Assembly (NCBI GenBank): GCA_963677485.1 | Contig: OY781964.1 | Span: 4,800,001-4,864,000, forward strand | Source of the DNA: Armatimonadota bacterium | GTDB lineage: Bacteria; Armatimonadota; HRBIN16 | Direction of reading: 5' to 3' | DNA length: 64,000 bases | In this document: positions 59,288 to 64,000 of the stretch, piece by piece | How the letters are laid out: each line of letters opens with the position of its first letter | Position numbering within the stretch: position 1 is the stretch's first letter | Position numbers and translations under genes: made by a program | The notes under the pieces: generated by a model | Told to the model about the DNA's origin: nothing | The model's database searches: none | The model's input: the letters and a program-made list of their open reading frames with translations, nothing else

Positions 59288-60292
59288 GTGTCACCAGAAC
59301 ATATAGCTGATCCACTTATCAAAGGTACATGGCTTACCTATCGACCCGAAATCAAGGTGCTCGACTGCACCATACGTGATGGAGGTTTGATAAACAGCCA
59401 CAACTTTGAGGATGAATTCGTCAAAGCCGTCTATGATACCTGCGTCGCTGCTGGTATTGACGCCATGGAATTCGGATATAAGGCTGACAAAAAGATATTT
59501 GCTCCTGCGATGTATGGCGACTGGAAATTCAGCACTGAAGATGCATTACGCCGCATAGTTGATGATAATCCGACAAAGCTTAAACTGGCTGTGATGGCTG
59601 ATGCGGAACGCACCAATTACCACACCGATATCCTTCAGAAATCGGACAGCGTCATTGACATCGTCCGAGTGGCCACTTACGTCCACCAGATTCCTGCCGC
59701 GCTCGATATGATCAAAGATGCGGCTGATAAGGGATATAGCGTCACGGCCAACCTGATGGCAATTTCGGCGATTCAAGAAAATGAGCTGCGTGAAGCCATT
59801 GAAGTGCTTTCTAACAGTCCGATTTGCGGACTGTATATAGTGGACAGCTTTGGTACTTATTATTCGACGCAGATCAGAGACCTGACCCTTATGTTCTTGA
59901 AAGCCTGCGAAGGTAAGGACATCGAAGTGGGTGTACACGCTCACAATAACCAGATGCTGGCATACGCCAATACCGTAGAAGCATGCATCGTGGGCGCGAA
60001 CCGCCTGGATGCCACGATCAACGGTATGGGACGTGGAGCCGGCAACTGTCCATTAGAATTGCTGCTTGGTTTCCTCAAAAATCCGAAGTTCCATCAGCGT
60101 CCAGTGATCGAGTGCATCGAAAAGCAGTTTGTGCCGTTGGCAAAAAGCGGCGAAATGGAATGGGGTTACAAGATCCCTTACATGATCACAGGGCAGTTGA
60201 ACCAACATCCCCGCGCCGCCATCAAGATGCGCGAAAGTGATCGACCTGACGACTACACCGCGTTCTACGATCAGATGATCGAACTCGAATAG
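59288..60292 (+). CDS. DRE-TIM (HMGL-like) aldolase catalytic-domain protein
   Basis: LDCTIRDGG, VDSFG, HAHNN, GMGRGAGN; GTG 59288 preceded by RBS aggagg. Confidence 0.85.
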   Translation: MSPEHIADPLIKGTWLTYRPEIKVLDCTIRDGGLINSHNFEDEFVKAVYDTCVAAGIDAMEFGYKADKKIFAPAMYGDWKFSTEDALRRIVDDNPTKLKLAVMADAERTNYHTDILQKSDSVIDIVRVATYVHQIPAALDMIKDAADKGYSVTANLMAISAIQENELREAIEVLSNSPICGLYIVDSFGTYYSTQIRDLTLMFLKACEGKDIEVGVHAHNNQMLAYANTVEACIVGANRLDATINGMGRGAGNCPLELLLGFLKNPKFHQRPVIECIEKQFVPLAKSGEMEWGYKIPYMITGQLNQHPRAAIKMRESDRPDDYTAFYDQMIELE

Positions 60293-60502
60293 TCTCACCG
60301 CCAGCTTCCACAATGCCTGCCGAAATCCCAAGTGATACGGCAGGCAGTTCTGTTTTCTGAGCTTCTGCCACCATAATATCATTTGGTGATAAAGACGGGC
60401 GACACAGATGCTACCATAGTTATACGTCATCAGGTCATACAAGCTGTTTCATCACACCAATTCAAGGTATCATAAAGAAAAAGCCGATGGAGGTCATCTG
60501 CA

Positions 60503-61261
60503 ATGGCGAAAGTGAAACGACAGGTCATTCATATCGACGAAGAGCTATGCGACGGATGCGGGCAGTGTGTGCCTTCCTGTGAAGAAGGTGCAATCCAAGT
60601 GATCGACGGCAAGGCACGGCTGGTGTCTGACAAATATTGTGACGGTCTGGGTGCCTGCCTGGGTGAGTGTCCTACCGGTGCGCTCAGTTTCGAGGAGCGT
60701 GAAGCCGAGGAGTTCGACGTGGAGTCAGTCGCTTCCCATCTGGCCGATATAGGCCGGGATCCAGCACCCCAAGCTCATGCACCATTTAGTATCAACATGG
60801 GGTCTAGCCATACCGGATGCCCTTCGGCGAAAACACAGCAACTTCAACCAAAGGCATCAAACACCCAGTTTACCGCAGGAGTTAAACCCGTGAGCGAGCT
60901 CAGGCAGTGGCCTGTGAAGCTCTATCTGGTCAACCCTTCCGCCCCCTATTTCGCAAACGCTGACGTCCTGCTGGCCGCGGACTGTTCCGGGTTTGCCTAT
61001 GGCTCAGTTCACCAAGACTTTGTCAAAGATAAGGTCGTGATCATCGGCTGCCCGAAATTCGACGACTACCAGCACCATGTGAACAAGTTGAGCGCAATCA
61101 TCTCCCAAAACAACATCAAGAGCATCACAGTGCTGCGAATGACGGTGCCATGCTGCTCGGGTTTATCAAGTATCGCACGTCAAGCCATGGTCAACGCCGG
61201 TAAGGACATTGCGATTACCGAGCGAATCGTGTCACTGCAAGGCGAGGTAGACCCAGTGTAG
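60503..61261 (+). CDS. 2x[4Fe-4S] ferredoxin-domain protein
   Basis: CDGCGQCVPSC, CDGLGACLGECP, QWPVKL, AADC, GCPK.D, VPCC. Confidence 0.88.
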   Translation: MAKVKRQVIHIDEELCDGCGQCVPSCEEGAIQVIDGKARLVSDKYCDGLGACLGECPTGALSFEEREAEEFDVESVASHLADIGRDPAPQAHAPFSINMGSSHTGCPSAKTQQLQPKASNTQFTAGVKPVSELRQWPVKLYLVNPSAPYFANADVLLAADCSGFAYGSVHQDFVKDKVVIIGCPKFDDYQHHVNKLSAIISQNNIKSITVLRMTVPCCSGLSSIARQAMVNAGKDIAITERIVSLQGEVDPV

Positions 61262-61279
61262 CTTCACCGTCTACCAGTT

Positions 61280-61879
61280 ATGGAGAATCCAATGAAGATA
61301 CGAAATCCGCTACTCTGGCTAATGTTAGCGGTCACCACCGTAGCGGTTGTTGTCGCACCGACAATAGCCGCACCAAAGAAAGTGGCCCCGGCACTCAACT
61401 TCACGATGAAAGACATTGATGGCAAGGCTGTCAAACTCAGCAAATTCCAAGGCAAAGTGATTCTCATTGTGAATGTCGCCTCGAAATGCGGCAACACACC
61501 TCAATACACCAGTCTTCAAAAGCTGTATGAACAATACAAGAAAAAAGGGCTGGTCGTTCTGGCTTTCCCAGCCAACGAATTTGGACAGCAGGAGCCAGGA
61601 ACAAACGGCGAGATCAAGGCGTTTTGCAGTGCCAACTACCACGTCACATTCCCTGTGTTTTCCAAGATCGTGGTGAAGGGTGATGGGCAGCACCCGTTGT
61701 ATCAGTTCCTGACCAGCAAAGAGACAGACCCCAACTTTAGTGGAGACATCGAGTGGAACTTCGCCAAGTTCCTGCTCAACCGCAAGGGTGAAGTGGTAGC
61801 CCGTTTTGCACCCAAGCTCGATCCGGGTAAGCCCGAAGTTGTTGATGCCATCAAACGAGAGCTGGTCAAGAAGAAGTAG
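61280..61879 (+). CDS. Exported glutathione peroxidase family protein (Cys type)
   Basis: Signal-like N-terminus; NVASKCG, FPANEFG.QEPG, WNFAKFL. Confidence 0.92.
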   Translation: MENPMKIRNPLLWLMLAVTTVAVVVAPTIAAPKKVAPALNFTMKDIDGKAVKLSKFQGKVILIVNVASKCGNTPQYTSLQKLYEQYKKKGLVVLAFPANEFGQQEPGTNGEIKAFCSANYHVTFPVFSKIVVKGDGQHPLYQFLTSKETDPNFSGDIEWNFAKFLLNRKGEVVARFAPKLDPGKPEVVDAIKRELVKKK

Positions 61880-61945
61880 CGTGGTGACGGATACGAAAAA
61901 GCCCCCCGCCAAGCAAACCTGGCCGGAGGCTGCTTTGTATCTGTG

Positions 61946-64000
61946 CTACTTCAGGTTCTTATTGTCTGTGCTTGATGAATCAACCTGGTAGTCAGAACCG
62001 TAACCCCTCGTATTCGGATTAGTCGTATGCTGCAGGCTGAAGGCGTCGACAGCAACCGACGGAGCGGGCCCGACACCCGTCCAGCGCAGCTCAATTTGAT
62101 GCATGCCTTTGGTGAGTTTCGCACTCCAGCCTGGATACCAAGATAACTGCCTCGATGAATACGGAAGCCGAGTGGCCGCTAAGCTCATATCCGTATATGG
62201 ATAGGACTCTAATTCCGCTTTGATGCCATCCACTGTGAGCTCATACTTCCTGAGTTGGGCCCCAGAATCACATGCCGCACGGAGCAGGTAATAGCCATCT
62301 GCAGGCAGCTCTGCGGTGAATTGCATAGCATGCTTACCAGCCCCACCGAGTTTCAGCAGCTCCGTACTATAGGTATCGGAGCCGGCACCGGGGGCTATAG
62401 ATGGATCGAGTTCACCGGCGGTCAGCACCACCGCATTGATCGGCCGCACCGGCGGCACAGGGTAGACAGAGGTAACGAAGGCTTCAATCTCCTCAGCCGT
62501 CAGGCCATAGCTGTTTTCTGAGATCACCTTGCCGTCGCTATCCTTCACTGTCAGGTAGGCATGGAAACCGCCAGGAATGCGGTATATATCACCGATCTCC
62601 TTGCGGCTGATGATCTGGGTTGTAGAATCGGAAGGTAGATCAAAGCGCTTGGATACCTGGGTAATCTGCTTCCCGGTTCGGTCTGTCACCCGCAGCTTGA
62701 GTGTGCAGTTCGTCCAGCTTCTGTACCAATATTCGTTGACCACCCGCACATCCGAGGCTCCCTCGAAATCGAAGAAGAGAATCGGTAGCACCTGTTGGCA
62801 AGCCTGCTTAACTGAATAATAGGCCTTCCGCGGTTTGCCGTTGAAGTTCACCACCCCAAGAAATGCCGTGGGCAGCGGGTCGTCAAACCGGCAATGAATC
62901 GCAGCCGTGGTGGGGCAGAAACGCATCGCCCGGAAATGCTCATACATGAACTTCATGAACTGCTGCAACCACCGTTCGCTGGGCGCGACCTTGTCCATCA
63001 CATACTTGCGTATCTTCTCCGTCGACCAATCACTGGCCGAAGGCGAATCCCAGAAAACCGGCCCATCGTTATATCGGTAGGAGTTTAAGGTCTCCCAATA
63101 ATAGTCGGCGGAGTCAAACGGGAACAGCTCCTTACCGACGATATCTTGCATCTCACCCAGCGATGAGAGGCCGTAAGCCCCTACCTCGCTGACAAACCCC
63201 ACGCTGATGCCGCTCCAGAAGAAGCTCCTTCTGGCCATCTGCGAGGGGATGATGTTGGGATAGATATGGATGTCAAAATCCCCATACCCGGAGGCATTGG
63301 TCATCGGCCGCGATCCATCTAGCTGCACGATGCTCTGTGTGATGCGTTCGCTGAAACCGGGTTGCCCACCCTCGTTCCAGGCTGACCAGCCAATCACCGA
63401 GGCGTGAGGTCTGCACTGTTTGACTGTGTCGCTCACGATCTCCATGATATCATCGCGTATGGGCTCTGTGGTCGAATATCCCCACTGGAGCGGCATCTCC
63501 TGCCAGATCATCATGCCCATTTCATCGCAGAGTTCATACATATCTGGCGAGGACTGGTGCCCCACCATCCGGATAAGGTTCAAATTCGCATCCTTCTGAA
63601 GCTGAATGCGTTGCCGGTAGCCTGTGCGGTCCATCATCGACATCCAGTGAATATCATCGTTGAGCATCCCTTTGATGAAGATGCGGTGATGGTTCACGTA
63701 GATGCACTTCTCCTCACGGACCAAATCCACCTCGCGCAAGCCCACGCGCGAAACATGCCGGTCAAGCAACTCGGTGCCTCGACGAACCTCCACAACCATA
63801 TTGTGCATATTGGGTGCGCCCTGTTCCCAGGGGAACCACAGCAGCGGGTCGTCGATCGGCAACTTCAACTCAACAGGGGTTGTTCCCTTCATATCGAGCT
63901 GTTGTTCAGACGTGAACACCCGGGACTTACGACCTTTGACTGCAGGCTCTGTGAGGATACATTTCACTGTCACCAGCTCATCGGAACTGGCCGAAGGTTG
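61946..64000 (-). CDS. GH2-family glycoside hydrolase (beta-mannosidase-like), 5' end outside the window
   Basis: LWFPWEQG.P, VGLR, ANLNLIR, YELCDEMGMMIWQE, WNE acid/base, SEVG nucleophile. Confidence 0.85.
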   Translation of the reverse strand, partial: QPSASSDELVTVKCILTEPAVKGRKSRVFTSEQQLDMKGTTPVELKLPIDDPLLWFPWEQGAPNMHNMVVEVRRGTELLDRHVSRVGLREVDLVREEKCIYVNHHRIFIKGMLNDDIHWMSMMDRTGYRQRIQLQKDANLNLIRMVGHQSSPDMYELCDEMGMMIWQEMPLQWGYSTTEPIRDDIMEIVSDTVKQCRPHASVIGWSAWNEGGQPGFSERITQSIVQLDGSRPMTNASGYGDFDIHIYPNIIPSQMARRSFFWSGISVGFVSEVGAYGLSSLGEMQDIVGKELFPFDSADYYWETLNSYRYNDGPVFWDSPSASDWSTEKIRKYVMDKVAPSERWLQQFMKFMYEHFRAMRFCPTTAAIHCRFDDPLPTAFLGVVNFNGKPRKAYYSVKQACQQVLPILFFDFEGASDVRVVNEYWYRSWTNCTLKLRVTDRTGKQITQVSKRFDLPSDSTTQIISRKEIGDIYRIPGGFHAYLTVKDSDGKVISENSYGLTAEEIEAFVTSVYPVPPVRPINAVVLTAGELDPSIAPGAGSDTYSTELLKLGGAGKHAMQFTAELPADGYYLLRAACDSGAQLRKYELTVDGIKAELESYPYTDMSLAATRLPYSSRQLSWYPGWSAKLTKGMHQIELRWTGVGPAPSVAVDAFSLQHTTNPNTRGYGSDYQVDSSSTDNKNLK

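Noticed and set aside
61280-61879. Selenocysteine-type glutathione peroxidase
   Set aside because: The active-site codon is TGC (Cys) and the frame is open

Overview
Bacterial chromosomal window, densely coding, with no rRNA, tRNA, CRISPR array or prophage that I can recognise. The left two thirds is mostly carbohydrate utilisation: secreted multidomain CAZymes (GH42-like, GH172/DUF2961, clan GH-A, GH36-like with malectin domains, DUF4838, BNR/sialidase), sugar oxidoreductases, LacI/AraC regulators and an RhaT-type transporter. It also holds a NikMNQO-type ECF metal transporter with a candidate NikR operator and an amino-sugar-like catabolic operon whose aminotransferase has an in-frame TAG. 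At 43.5-56.7 kb (minus strand) is an unusual Wood-Ljungdahl carbonyl-branch cluster: cooC - core/MesB-like methionine synthase - cooC/acsF - cooS - a 1226-aa AcsB-AcsD fusion - acsC - acsV/RACo - a stand-alone homocysteine methyltransferase domain, with no acsE. The best candidates for novelty are (1) the acetyl-CoA synthase fused to the small CoFeSP subunit through an Ala/Pro linker that carries a second copy of the AcsD C-terminal motif, (2) the inferred use of this cluster to move acetyl-CoA methyl groups to methionine without folate, and (3) a GxxExxY gene enclosed by 39-bp internally periodic inverted repeats. All family assignments come from motif recognition by eye; no database search was run.
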